From a cyanobacterium endosymbiont of Braarudosphaera bigelowii (lineage in GTDB: Bacteria > Cyanobacteriota > Cyanobacteriia > Cyanobacteriales > Microcystaceae), in contig NZ_AP024987.1 of assembly GCF_020885515.1 (NCBI RefSeq), forward strand, positions 510,001 through 542,000: DNA of 32,000 bases. Direction: 5' to 3'. This document shows, piece after piece, positions 19,723 to 29,561 of this stretch. Both the position numbers and the translations under genes were made by a program. Numbering within the stretch: position 1 is the first letter of the stretch; every line of letters starts with the position of its first letter. The notes beneath the pieces are model-generated. The model was not told where the DNA came from. It ran no database searches and saw nothing but the letters and a program-made list of their open reading frames with translations.

Positions 19723-20558
19723 AATATTTCCTTAGTACTTAGATTAAAAGAACAGTGAGGGCAAGAAATACTTTTTGTAGAATAATTAGATAAACTATAT
19801 GCATCAGCAATAGGATAACCACATCCTGTACACATTTTATAGTTTCCTTTCTCTAGCTTATGCTTAACAGCAACTCTTTCATCAAACACAAAACACTCTC
19901 CTTCCCATAAACTTTGAGATTCAGAAATATTTTTTAAATAGTTTAAAATTCCCCCTTTAAGGTGAAAAACTTCTTTAAATCCTTTTTTCAATAGATATGA
20001 TGAAGCTTTCTCACATCTTATTCCTCCAGTACAAAACATAGCAACTTTTTTGTGTTTCTCGGGATTTAAATTGTTTTTAATATAACTGGGAAATTCTCTA
20101 AAGAAATGAGTTTGAGGGTTGATTGCACCCTTGAATGTCCCAATTGCTATCTCGTAAATATTTCTTGTATCAATTACAGGAATTTCTTCATTTTCAAGTA
20201 TATTATTCCACTCTTCAGGATCAACATAGGTTCCTACTTGTTGCTCAGGATAAATTTCAGAAATTCCTAGAGTTACTATCTCCCGCTTTAATCGAACTTT
20301 AATACGTTTAAAAGGAAGATAGGAAGACATAGAGTATTTAACTTCTAAGTCTATAAAACGGACATCCTTTTTTAAGTAATCAACAATTTTATGAACATTT
20401 TCAGAAGTTCCTGCAATGGTACCATTTATTCCTTCCTGGGAGAGTAGTATAGTTCCTTTAATACTGTGATCTTGACAATACTTGAATAGTGATGACTTTT
20501 TTTCAGCATATTCAGAAAAAAAAATAAATTTATAGAAAGTGGCAACAATATAAGACAT
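19719..20558 (-). CDS. trhO: tRNA uridine(34) hydroxylase / rhodanese-family protein (YceA-like)
   Basis: 279 aa; IKGTILLSQEGINGTIAG, VIDTRNIYEIAIGTFKGAINPQTHFFREFP, VAMFCTGGIRCEKASSYLLKKGF (CTGGIRCEKA). The stop overlaps the cbiD start (ATGA). Confidence 0.93.
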   Translation of the reverse strand: MSYIVATFYKFIFFSEYAEKKSSLFKYCQDHSIKGTILLSQEGINGTIAGTSENVHKIVDYLKKDVRFIDLEVKYSMSSYLPFKRIKVRLKREIVTLGISEIYPEQQVGTYVDPEEWNNILENEEIPVIDTRNIYEIAIGTFKGAINPQTHFFREFPSYIKNNLNPEKHKKVAMFCTGGIRCEKASSYLLKKGFKEVFHLKGGILNYLKNISESQSLWEGECFVFDERVAVKHKLEKGNYKMCTGCGYPIADAYSLSNYSTKSISCPHCSFNLSTKEIL

Positions 20559-20731
20559 AAAAAATAATTTTATAAATCACTATGACAGAATAATAACAAA
20601 AAAACTTTTAAAAATTTAATATATGAGTTTTCAAGAGGTATAAGTATTCGCTTTAATTTGAAGTGAGGCTAACTATATACCTAAAATAAACTAATTACAT
20701 GAGATGTTAAAATTAAAAAAAATTAAAAAAC

Positions 20732-20761
20732 TTGCATATTTATACTATTGTTATGTATACT
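20732..20761 (+). promoter_or_regulatory. Putative sigma70-type promoter for tRNA-Ala
   Basis: TTGCAT (20732-20737), 18-bp spacer, TATACT (20756-20761), about 50 nt upstream of the tRNA 5' end. Confidence 0.55.
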
Positions 20762-20812
20762 AGTAAAGGTTAAGAAAAAAGCCATAATTTGGTTTGATTC
20801 TTAAGTAATCTT

Positions 20813-20885
20813 GGGGGTTTAGCTCAGTTGGTAGAGCGCCTGCTTTGCAAGCAGGATGTCAGCGGTTCAAATCCGCTAATCTCCA
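20813..20885 (+). tRNA. tRNA-Ala (anticodon TGC)
   Basis: GGGGGTTTAGCTCAGTTGGTAGAGCGCCTGCTTTGCAAGCAGGATGTCAGCGGTTCAAATCCGCTAATCTCCA. Full cloverleaf; anticodon stem CCTGC/GCAGG with loop TTTGCAA; anticodon at 20846-20848; 73 nt, CCA not encoded. Confidence 0.97.
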
Positions 20886-21107
20886 TAAGCGTCCTAATTG
20901 TTGTTTGTATTTAAAATGAGAACCTCAACTAATTATATCGATTGAAATCATTAAAATTTTATTCACAATTAGTGGCTACTTATTCAATAGCATAACTTTA
21001 TAAAATTTTTTAGTAATTTTATATGATAAACTCTATTCCTTAAACCTATACATCTAAGTCCGTTACAATCTAAAATGAGATGAATTTTACTATTTTAAAT
21101 AATACTT

Positions 21108-22778
21108 GTGAATGCCTCACTAAACTTAGTTTTTGAATTTGATTCTATAGAAGCTGCTTTAGCTGATATTAAAGTTGGTCGCACCGTCATCGTTGTAGAT
21201 GATGAAAACCGAGAAAATGAAGGTGATCTTATCTGTGCTGCTCAGTTTGCCACTCCTAGCATTATAAATTTTATGGCGACAGAAGCAAGGGGATTAGTCT
21301 GTCTAGCTATGAATGGAAAGCAATTGGATGATCTAGATCTTCCTCTAATGGTTACTAAAAATACTGATAGCAACCAAACTGCTTTTACTGTAAGTATTGA
21401 TGCATCACCTAATTTTGGTGTCACTACTGGTATATCTGCAGAAGATAGAGCAAAGACTATCCAAGTTGCTATTGATCCTAGTACACAACCTGAAGACTTA
21501 ACCCGTCCCGGTCATATATTTCCGATTCGTGCAAAAGTTGGAGGAGTGCTTAAACGTGCTGGTCATACCGAAGCAGCCGTAGATTTATCTAGGTTAGCAG
21601 GTTTATATCCTGCTGGTGTAATTTGTGAGATACAAAACCTAGATGGTTCAATGGCTCGTCTTCCAGAACTTATTGACTATGCTAAAAAACATGATTTAAA
21701 GCTTATTAGTATCGCAGATCTAATTAGTTATCGTCTTCAACATGATCGCTTTGTTTATAGAGAAACGGTTTGCCAATTTCCAAGTAAATTTGGAAGGTTT
21801 CAACTATATGCCTATAGAAATGTATTAGATAATACAGAACATGTTGCAATCGTCAAAGGGGATCCCAATAAGTTCAAAGAACATCCAGTAATGGTAAGAA
21901 TGCATTCAGAGTGTTTAACAGGTGATGCTTTAGGATCATTACGTTGTGATTGTAGAATGCAATTACAAACTGCATTAAAAAAAATAGAAGAAGCAAAAGT
22001 AGGGGTTGTTGTTTACCTCAGGCAAGAAGGTAGAGGTATTGGATTAATTAATAAGTTAAAAGCTTATTCACTACAAGATATAGGCCTTGATACTGTGGAG
22101 GCAAATGAAAGATTAGGATTCCCTGCAGATTTAAGAGATTATGGAATGGGAGCTCAGATGCTGAATGATCTGGGAGTAGAAAAGATTCGTCTTATTACTA
22201 ACAATCCAAGAAAAATTGCAGGACTAAAAGGATATGGATTAGAAATAATTGAACGTCTTCCATTGTTGATAGAGTCTAACGATTACAATTCTAATTATTT
22301 GACAACAAAAGCAGAAAAATTGGGACATTTACTTTTACAAACTTATTTGGTAACTGTTGCGATTGACTGGAAAACAGACATCAGTTCAGTTACAGAAAAC
22401 TATCGATACTTAGAACAAATAAGAAATGTAACTCGTTCTCTAGAACTTTTCCTGCAAGAAGAAGTTAGACCATTAGCAAGTGCTTTATTTGAACAACCTT
22501 CAACAATATTTCACCTAGGATTTAAACAGGTTCAGACAATCGACAAAAGTTGGTATTGTGATGTTAATAATAGAAATGTAAAAGCTATTATAGAAATCCT
22601 TGACAATTTATCGGGCTGGACAAGTATCAAACGACTAGAATTTTTGATTTCTTCCGAAGATGATCCAATGTCAGGTTTACAAGTGGGTATTAAGCGTCGC
22701 GTATTCTCTTTAAATAGAAAACTTTCTCAAAGTACGTTTCCTTGGGAGAAGCAAACTATTTACAGTTTTACTTTATAA
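21108..22778 (+). CDS. ribBA: Bifunctional 3,4-dihydroxy-2-butanone-4-phosphate synthase / GTP cyclohydrolase II
   Basis: 556 aa; VDDENRENEGDLICAAQFATP, RPGHIFPIRAKVGGVLKRAGHTEAAVDL, VRMHSECLTGDALGSLRCDCRMQLQ, YLRQEGRGIGLINKLKAYSLQDIG. Carries a ~130-aa C-terminal extension beyond RibA. Confidence 0.96.
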   Translation: MNASLNLVFEFDSIEAALADIKVGRTVIVVDDENRENEGDLICAAQFATPSIINFMATEARGLVCLAMNGKQLDDLDLPLMVTKNTDSNQTAFTVSIDASPNFGVTTGISAEDRAKTIQVAIDPSTQPEDLTRPGHIFPIRAKVGGVLKRAGHTEAAVDLSRLAGLYPAGVICEIQNLDGSMARLPELIDYAKKHDLKLISIADLISYRLQHDRFVYRETVCQFPSKFGRFQLYAYRNVLDNTEHVAIVKGDPNKFKEHPVMVRMHSECLTGDALGSLRCDCRMQLQTALKKIEEAKVGVVVYLRQEGRGIGLINKLKAYSLQDIGLDTVEANERLGFPADLRDYGMGAQMLNDLGVEKIRLITNNPRKIAGLKGYGLEIIERLPLLIESNDYNSNYLTTKAEKLGHLLLQTYLVTVAIDWKTDISSVTENYRYLEQIRNVTRSLELFLQEEVRPLASALFEQPSTIFHLGFKQVQTIDKSWYCDVNNRNVKAIIEILDNLSGWTSIKRLEFLISSEDDPMSGLQVGIKRRVFSLNRKLSQSTFPWEKQTIYSFTL

Positions 22779-22841
22779 AATTTATATCGATAAATGGTAA
22801 ATACTATATACATGTAAGATCACTATAGATAGTATAAAAAA

Positions 22842-23951
22842 ATGTTTTATAGTCGTCGTAGTTTTTTAATAATTATAGGCAGTATATTTGGAAGCAAAGC
22901 TTTTTCTCTAATACGAAGTTCTCTAAATTTTAGTAAAAATGTCGGTGTCCCCAAGCAAAACTTAAATTTTTCAAACAAAGTATTAGCTATACCATCTAGT
23001 ACTACTTCCTCTACTAATCTGTCAAATTCTATAAAAAAAAAAGTAAGGGTAATTGTTATTAGCGACCTTAACGATAACTATGGAGCGACTACTTATAGTC
23101 CAGAAGTGATTAAGAGTATATCTTTAATTAAGCAATCGAAACCTGACCTAGTTTTATGTGCAGGAGATATGATTGCTGGTCAAAAATATTCTTTAACTAA
23201 AAAGCAAATACAAGCAATGTGGATAGCTTTTGATATTCATATCACTTCACATCTAAAACAACTAAAGATACCTTTTGGATTCTCTCTTGGCAATCATGAT
23301 GCCTCAGGAGCAATATATAAAAATCAATTAACTTTTTATAAAGAAAGAATTTTAGCTTCTCAATTTTGGAATAATTATCAACATATTCCTGAATTAGATT
23401 TTATTGATAAAGGTAAATTTCCTTTCTACTATACTTTTAAACAAAATAGTATATTTTATTTAGTTTTAGATGCCTCTACCCATATTATCTCTAAGGAACA
23501 ATTAATTTGGATCACAAATAGTTTAGAAAGCTTTGACTCTAAGCAAGCAAGTCTTCGTTTTGTTATTGGTCATCTTCCCTTATATCCTATTGCAGTAGGA
23601 AGAAATAATAATGGTAACTTCATTAAAAATGGGGAAAAATTACAAATTTTATTAGAGAAGCATGATGTTCATACTTATATTAGCGGTCATCAGCATTCCT
23701 ACTATCCCGGTAAAAAAGGTAACTTAGAGTTGCTATATAGTGGAGCATTAGGAGGAGGTCCTCGTAGATTATTAAATAGTAAATCACCTCCTATAAAAAC
23801 ATTGACAATAATTGATATTTCTCTACCATTGAAACAAACAAAATATACTACTTATAGTATGAGTAATTTGCAAATTTTAGATATTAAAACATTACCAAAA
23901 TCAATTGGTAATATCCATAGAAAAGATATATCTTCCCTAAAAAATATTTAA
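22842..23951 (+). CDS. Calcineurin-like metallophosphoesterase with Tat-like signal peptide
   Basis: MFYSRRSFLIIIGSIFG (SRRSFL); VIVISDLND, LVLCAGDMI, PFGFSLGNHDASG, FVIGHLPLYP, YISGHQHSYYPG. Confidence 0.85.
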   Translation: MFYSRRSFLIIIGSIFGSKAFSLIRSSLNFSKNVGVPKQNLNFSNKVLAIPSSTTSSTNLSNSIKKKVRVIVISDLNDNYGATTYSPEVIKSISLIKQSKPDLVLCAGDMIAGQKYSLTKKQIQAMWIAFDIHITSHLKQLKIPFGFSLGNHDASGAIYKNQLTFYKERILASQFWNNYQHIPELDFIDKGKFPFYYTFKQNSIFYLVLDASTHIISKEQLIWITNSLESFDSKQASLRFVIGHLPLYPIAVGRNNNGNFIKNGEKLQILLEKHDVHTYISGHQHSYYPGKKGNLELLYSGALGGGPRRLLNSKSPPIKTLTIIDISLPLKQTKYTTYSMSNLQILDIKTLPKSIGNIHRKDISSLKNI

Positions 23952-24012
23952 CAATATATAGATCAAGAGAATATTATGATTGAAACAAATATAACTTATT
24001 TTATTAACATTT

Positions 24013-24963
24013 TTGAGGAAGATTATGACGGACCAGTTATTAATAACTAAAAAAATTTCCTTAACTATAATATCTATACTAGTGCTAAGTTTTTCTGAAG
24101 ATTGTGCCCGAGCTAGTGATCCTTTTCGTAAAGTTAACCCAAGACCTATTGGAAAGAATACCGTCACAGCTCTTACTGAAATATTTAAAGAAGGTAATTA
24201 CCTAGAAGGCAAATATTATTTAAAAAAAGCCATAGAAGCTGAAAGTAACGAACCCTTATCTCATGCATTGTCAGCATCATTAGCTTTTGCAGATCAGGAT
24301 TGGGAAACTATGATAAAGTCTGCAAGTAAGACTTTAGCTGTGGCTAAAAAACTAGAATCTAGTGATTTGTTACGAAGTAATTTATATCAAGCGGTAGGTC
24401 ATTTCCTTGAAGGAGCATATGTATCTGCAATGCATGGTCCTATAGGAGCAGCTGATAAGTTGCAGTTAGTTCTTAAGTATCTTGATAAAGTTGCAGACAT
24501 TGATCCAGAAGATCCAGAATTTAACTTGTTAAAAGGGTATCTTGATCTATTATTAGCAGTTAATTTACCATTCTCCACACCAGAAGATACTATTACAAAT
24601 TTTGAGAAGTATGCAGCTCCAAAATATCTGGTTAATCGTGCTTTATTCGCTGCTTACCGAGATTTAAAAAAATATACTATGGCTATGGATTATATTAACA
24701 TTGCTCTTCATAATAGTCCTAATAACCCTGAACTACAGTACTTTAAAGGACAATTACTTCGTAAACAGGGTAAAGCTCAAATAAATGACAGAATAAGTTT
24801 TAATTTGCTTAATGAAGCGTATAAGCATTTTGATAAAGCCATGACTAAATTTAGCGAGTTGCCAAAAGGTATTCAAATTCCTTTGCGATATGATCATCAA
24901 ACTGTACAAAATGAAATAAAGAATTTTAACTTAGAAGTTTCTACAACTTTCAAAGTTAAATAA
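24013..24963 (+). CDS. TPR-repeat protein with N-terminal signal sequence (start may be the Met at 24025)
   Basis: Hydrophobic N-terminus (ISLTIISILVLSFSEDCARA) followed by helical repeats (YYLKKAIEAESNEPLSHALSASLAFADQDW, ALHNSPNNPELQYFKGQLLRKQGKA). Resembles a conserved cyanobacterial secreted TPR family. Confidence 0.7.
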   Translation: MRKIMTDQLLITKKISLTIISILVLSFSEDCARASDPFRKVNPRPIGKNTVTALTEIFKEGNYLEGKYYLKKAIEAESNEPLSHALSASLAFADQDWETMIKSASKTLAVAKKLESSDLLRSNLYQAVGHFLEGAYVSAMHGPIGAADKLQLVLKYLDKVADIDPEDPEFNLLKGYLDLLLAVNLPFSTPEDTITNFEKYAAPKYLVNRALFAAYRDLKKYTMAMDYINIALHNSPNNPELQYFKGQLLRKQGKAQINDRISFNLLNEAYKHFDKAMTKFSELPKGIQIPLRYDHQTVQNEIKNFNLEVSTTFKVK

Positions 24964-25125
24964 GTATTTTATTACCCTAAGGTACATAAAATACTTATTT
25001 AACTATATCCAAAGATATCAGTGAATATTTAAGACTTTTATAGCTTGTTGATTCTCAACAAAAATTCTTATCTTTAGTTATGCTAATAGTGAAAGTTATT
25101 TTTTAAAGACAAAAATTGTAATATT

Positions 25126-25629
25126 ATGACTATTTTCGAAGGTACTTTTGCAGAAGATTTATCTAATATCCGTTTTGCCATCGTTATAGGTCGTTTCAAT
25201 GACTTAGTAACCAATAAACTTTTATCAGGATGCCAAGATTGCCTGAAGCGTCATGGAATTGATATAGATCCCCAAGGTAATCAAGTTGATTATGCTTGGG
25301 TTCCTGGTAGTTTTGAGGTTCCATTAGTTGCACATCAATTAGCTTTATCAAATAAGTATAATGCTATTATTTGCTTAGGAGCGATTATTCGTGGTCAAAC
25401 GCCACATTTTGATTATGTATCAGCAGAAACAGCTAAAGGAGTAGCTGCAGTAGGATTTCAGACTGGTATACCTATAACTTTTGGTATTTTAACTACTGAT
25501 ACTATGCAGCAAGCTCTAGAAAGAGCAGGTATCAAGAGTAATCAAGGATGGAATTACGCTTTAAATTCTTTGGAAATGGTAAGTTTAATGAAGAAAATAA
25601 AATCTTCTAACCCTACCAGTAATTTTTAA
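25126..25629 (+). CDS. ribH: 6,7-dimethyl-8-ribityllumazine synthase
   Basis: 167 aa; [93 protein letters not shown]. Confidence 0.97.
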   Translation: MTIFEGTFAEDLSNIRFAIVIGRFNDLVTNKLLSGCQDCLKRHGIDIDPQGNQVDYAWVPGSFEVPLVAHQLALSNKYNAIICLGAIIRGQTPHFDYVSAETAKGVAAVGFQTGIPITFGILTTDTMQQALERAGIKSNQGWNYALNSLEMVSLMKKIKSSNPTSNF

Positions 25630-25759
25630 AAATTTGCAGTAAATATCAACATATTATTTTTCTAAAACAAGTAATAATCTATATTAGAAAACAATATGTT
25701 TCAGTATCGAATTTATTTAATAATAAGTTTGATTATTAATAGTTCATTTTATTATTAAA

Positions 25760-26557
25760 TCATTTACTCAAAAAGTTCATAAAGCGTTGTATCTCAGTCA
25801 AAAAACCTGTCCTTGAAAGTTGACTAACATTATGATTGCTAGCTGTAACTTCGTTGACAATTAACGATTCCAAATCTTCTTGGCTGGGCTTATGATTCTT
25901 TTTATTTATTAGTTGGTAACTTTCTTCCTTTCTAGAGTAAGTATACCAAGGGGAACAGTATGAGTGTACTATTAAAAATTCATCTAATGGATGGAAATAA
26001 TAGACAGATTCTAAAGTATTAAGAAATCGTTTTTGTATTTCACGTGCAACATATCCAATACCTACAATAGACATATCTTCAAACTGAGGAATCAAGAAAA
26101 TAATAGGACGGTTATTGGCCAAGCTACATAGTTTCTCTATAGCTCCTATCTCAGTAAAAGAAGGAGCTACTAATAGTAGAATTTGATCTGTTTCTAATAA
26201 TTTATTTTCTATAGTAATTCCTCGATTTCCTAGATCACTTATCTCAAAAATAGTCTTTCCCCAGTCACGACGAGCCAATGCGGCAGATCCTGTATCAGGG
26301 AAAAATACTTTTAGTCCTGATTCTTTATTTTCAAATATGGATATAAACTCTAAAGTTAAATCTTGTGATTGAAGAGCAATTTCTGGAATAATTATTTCTA
26401 TACATATACGTTTAACACCTGCTTCTAGAGCAATTTTTGTGGCTTCTTTTGCCTGAGATACAGCTTGTTCTAAACTCACAGGAATTTCAATCATATTGCT
26501 ACCAGCTACTACTATCTTAACTGTCGGCATTCTACAAGAAGAATGGCCAATAAACAA
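25760..26557 (-). CDS. DUF1995 family protein
   Basis: 265 aa; IPVSLEQAVSQAKEATKIALEAGVKRICIEIIIPEIALQSQDLTLEFI, LKVFFPDTGSAALARRDWG. Consistent with the DUF1995 family shared by cyanobacteria and plastids. Likely start is an internal Met. Confidence 0.72.
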   Translation of the reverse strand: MFIGHSSCRMPTVKIVVAGSNMIEIPVSLEQAVSQAKEATKIALEAGVKRICIEIIIPEIALQSQDLTLEFISIFENKESGLKVFFPDTGSAALARRDWGKTIFEISDLGNRGITIENKLLETDQILLLVAPSFTEIGAIEKLCSLANNRPIIFLIPQFEDMSIVGIGYVAREIQKRFLNTLESVYYFHPLDEFLIVHSYCSPWYTYSRKEESYQLINKKNHKPSQEDLESLIVNEVTASNHNVSQLSRTGFLTEIQRFMNFLSK

Positions 26558-26617
26558 TAAAAATATGGTAATTGTTTTAGTTTAATTTTTTATAAAAACA
26601 TTGAATATTCTTTAAAC

Positions 26618-26657
26618 CATTATGTTTCTTCGTAAACATTTACAAAGAAACATAATG
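26618..26657. terminator. 40-nt hairpin downstream of the DUF3386 gene (possible terminator or 3'-end stabiliser)
   Basis: CATTATGTTTCTT (26618-26630) / AAGAAACATAATG (26645-26657), with a nested GTAA/TTAC stem in the loop. Weak U-tract on the minus strand. Confidence 0.55.
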
Positions 26658-26718
26658 ATTCATAATTTCATAGTGATTTTTAATAATAGTGAAGATTAAA
26701 AATATAGAAAACAATTAG

Positions 26719-27360
26719 TCATAAAAGTTCAATACAAGAAAAAGAAAAATTCTTAATCAAAGAATTTTCTTTTTCTTGACCCTTAATAATACGATTACTT
26801 AAGATATAGTAATTTCCAACTTTATGATAACTATCCTCAAAATCTCTTTTCTCTGTTTTTACTTGTCCCGTTTTAGGGTCATGATAAATAGAATCATAGC
26901 AATGTGATAAATACCCTTCTCCAGTATCATGACTACTAAAGGTATTAATCGTAACGACGATACCATGAATATGACGGTGAACATGACAGATCTCATTATT
27001 GTACACTTTATAACTATCTCCTTCTGATTTACCACCCATGAGAATTTCTACAAAGCCTTTTTTATCTACACTACCATAGCGAAAAAAATTTTGACTATGG
27101 GTATCTTCAAACGAGCGACGTACTCGATGAATAGTAATTTCCCATAACTGAGATTTAATTTGAGCTAAAGCTTCTTTATCTTGAATATTAAATACTTCTG
27201 AGGAAAGATCTTTGTTAATCTTAATTTGACCAGAAAATACTTGATCATTTTCTTGAAAAGTTATATTTGCAGTGTATCCTGGAAAGTTAATATCCCAAGT
27301 ATAACGATTTTCATATGCGGCACGAAATAAATCTCTAGCATCAATAGTTTTTTCACTCAT
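26719..27360 (-). CDS. DUF3386 family protein
   Basis: 213 aa; ARDLFRAAYENRYTWDINFPGYTANITF, RRSFEDTHSQNFFRYG, YLSHCYDSIYHDPKTGQVKTEKRDFEDSYHKVGNYYILSNRII. Conserved cyanobacterial family. Confidence 0.8.
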   Translation of the reverse strand: MSEKTIDARDLFRAAYENRYTWDINFPGYTANITFQENDQVFSGQIKINKDLSSEVFNIQDKEALAQIKSQLWEITIHRVRRSFEDTHSQNFFRYGSVDKKGFVEILMGGKSEGDSYKVYNNEICHVHRHIHGIVVTINTFSSHDTGEGYLSHCYDSIYHDPKTGQVKTEKRDFEDSYHKVGNYYILSNRIIKGQEKENSLIKNFSFSCIELL

Positions 27361-27536
27361 GAAGTTTGTTGTTACCTTTATATTAAAAATTGGAAGAGTT
27401 TAGCACCCTCTACTTTAGCAGGATGAAGTCTAAAAAATAGAAAAACTAAATTTGAAATTTTTATTTAATTGTTAATAGTGTTTGCATATGTAAAATTATT
27501 AAATTTCTATCGGAACGTGATTAAATTACTAAAATT

Positions 27537-29561
27537 ATGCTGTTTTATGAACCCCTTTATCAAAAGTATCGCCCTCAAACTTTTAGTGACCTAGTAGGAC
27601 AAGAGCCAATTGTCATAACTCTAAGTAATGCTGTTAAAACTCAGCGGATATCTCATGCTTACCTATTTACAGGTCCTCGAGGAACAGGCAAGACATCTAG
27701 TGCCAGGATTTTGGCAAAATCTATTAATTGTTTAAAATCAGATGTTCCTAGTGTATCTCCTTGTGGAAGTTGTGAAGCATGTAGAACTATAGTTAAAGGC
27801 TCTTCATTGGATGTTATAGAAATTGATGCAGCAAGTAATACAGGAATTGATAATATCCGTGAAATTATTGAGCAAGCAAAATTTGCTCCTATACAACTTC
27901 GGTATAAAGTATATATTATTGACGAGTGTCATATGCTTAGCATAGCCGCATTTAATGCTCTGCTAAAGATATTAGAAGAACCTCCACAAAGAGTAATTTT
28001 TATATTGGCAACTACTGATCCTCAAAGGGTTTTACCTACAGTCATTTCTCGTTGCCAACGTTTTGATTATCGCCGTATTTCAAATCAATCAATAGTTCAG
28101 CATTTAGATAAGATTGCGAATAAAGAAAATATTAATATTGAATTAGATGCACTAATGCTTATCGCACAAATATCTAATGGTGGATTGAGAGACGCCGAAA
28201 GTTTATTAGATCAATTAAGTCTATTTCCAGAAAAAATTAATGCTGAAAAAGTAAGCGATTTAGTAGGCTTAATTTCTGAAAAAGATTTATTATCACTATT
28301 ACAAGCAATTCGTTCCAATAATTCAAAACTTATCATTGAATTATGTAGAAAATTAGTAAATAAAGGCAAAGAGCCATTAACAATATTACAAAACATTGCA
28401 AAATTTTATTTAAATTTGCTTATTGCTAAAGTATCGTCTGAATGTCCTGACTTAACAGTCATAAGTACAAAAAATTGGGAAGAACTATGTATAGAAGCAG
28501 AATATTGGGAAACTAATAGAATTCTAAAAAATCAACAAAAATTGAGAGATAGCGAAGTCCAGTTAAAGAATACGACTCAACCTTATCTATGGATAGAAAT
28601 TATCCTATTGGATTTATTACAAGAACCAAAAGAATTTTCAATAGACAGTAAGCTTTGTAGTACAGCTACTGGAGATGATAATAGTGAGAAATCAAAAGTT
28701 AATAACTCTAATATAGAAAGTGAAGCTACCTCTAATATAGAAAATGTGTTTGAAAGTATCAATGATAATCCAAGCACTTCAATTAATGATATTAATTTAG
28801 AAGAAATATGGAGTTCAATAGTAAAAAAACTTCCACCATTTTTAGCAGGATTAATTAAAGAGCACGGGTGTCTTCTTAACTGTGAGGGAAGAACTGCAAC
28901 TGTTGGTATGTCTACTTCCCCATTACTTGAGTTAGCAAAAGGTAAGCTTTCTCAAATTGAATTAGCTTTCCAAGAGGTTATGGGTCATCAAATTAATGTG
29001 ACCTTCAGAGTAGAAGCAAAGCCAAAATCTAGCCAAAATCTACCATGTGAATTAAATTCAAATATTCCTAACGATAATCTAAATAATCTAGAGAAAAATA
29101 TAATTCCAAATCAAAAAATAAATAACTCAGAAATAGTTTTAAATAAAAATCAAGAATTTCCTCATAGCCCAGAAATAAATGTTTCTTTCGAAGTATTAGA
29201 TAAGCCATTTAAAGTTCCTCATTTAATAGAACAATCTGATAACGAGATTGCACAAATAGCGAAACGAATAGCCACATTCTTCAAAGGAGAGATTATATAT
29301 GATAATAAAAGCGTAAATAACAATGATACTAGTAGGGGTTCATATATCCCAGATAACGAAAAAGAAAAAATAGCCACAAAGGTATATCAAGACTGTCAAA
29401 TTAAAGAAGAAAAAAGATATGATAATGACCAACAGAAACAATTTATCTTAAATGAGGCCAATAATAATAAAGTAGACAATAAAAAATTGTCACAAAAAAT
29501 TTTAGAAAAAAAGATTAAGGGAAGACCAGTAATAACAACAGAAGAAGATCTAGATTTTTAA
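27537..29561 (+). CDS. dnaX: DNA polymerase III subunits gamma/tau
   Basis: 674 aa; YQKYRPQTFSDLVGQEPIVITLSNAVKTQRISHAYLFTGPRGTGKTSSARILAKS, Zn module CGSCEACRTI, YIIDECHMLSIAAFNALLKILEEPP. Confidence 0.96.
   Translation: MLFYEPLYQKYRPQTFSDLVGQEPIVITLSNAVKTQRISHAYLFTGPRGTGKTSSARILAKSINCLKSDVPSVSPCGSCEACRTIVKGSSLDVIEIDAASNTGIDNIREIIEQAKFAPIQLRYKVYIIDECHMLSIAAFNALLKILEEPPQRVIFILATTDPQRVLPTVISRCQRFDYRRISNQSIVQHLDKIANKENINIELDALMLIAQISNGGLRDAESLLDQLSLFPEKINAEKVSDLVGLISEKDLLSLLQAIRSNNSKLIIELCRKLVNKGKEPLTILQNIAKFYLNLLIAKVSSECPDLTVISTKNWEELCIEAEYWETNRILKNQQKLRDSEVQLKNTTQPYLWIEIILLDLLQEPKEFSIDSKLCSTATGDDNSEKSKVNNSNIESEATSNIENVFESINDNPSTSINDINLEEIWSSIVKKLPPFLAGLIKEHGCLLNCEGRTATVGMSTSPLLELAKGKLSQIELAFQEVMGHQINVTFRVEAKPKSSQNLPCELNSNIPNDNLNNLEKNIIPNQKINNSEIVLNKNQEFPHSPEINVSFEVLDKPFKVPHLIEQSDNEIAQIAKRIATFFKGEIIYDNKSVNNNDTSRGSYIPDNEKEKIATKVYQDCQIKEEKRYDNDQQKQFILNEANNNKVDNKKLSQKILEKKIKGRPVITTEEDLDF

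Noticed and set aside
20886-21107. Possible FMN riboswitch upstream of ribBA
   Set aside because: I could not find the conserved FMN-aptamer blocks. The region is plain AT-rich leader.
21242-21424. Antisense ORF inside ribBA
   Set aside because: Shadow ORF with no features of its own.
23937-24167. 76-aa antisense ORF at the start of the TPR gene
   Set aside because: Mostly antisense to the signal-peptide region of a better-supported gene.
28211-28777. Antisense ORFs inside dnaX (28211..28396, 28583..28777)
   Set aside because: Shadow ORFs of a conserved gene; Leu/Ser-rich composition is typical of antisense artefacts.
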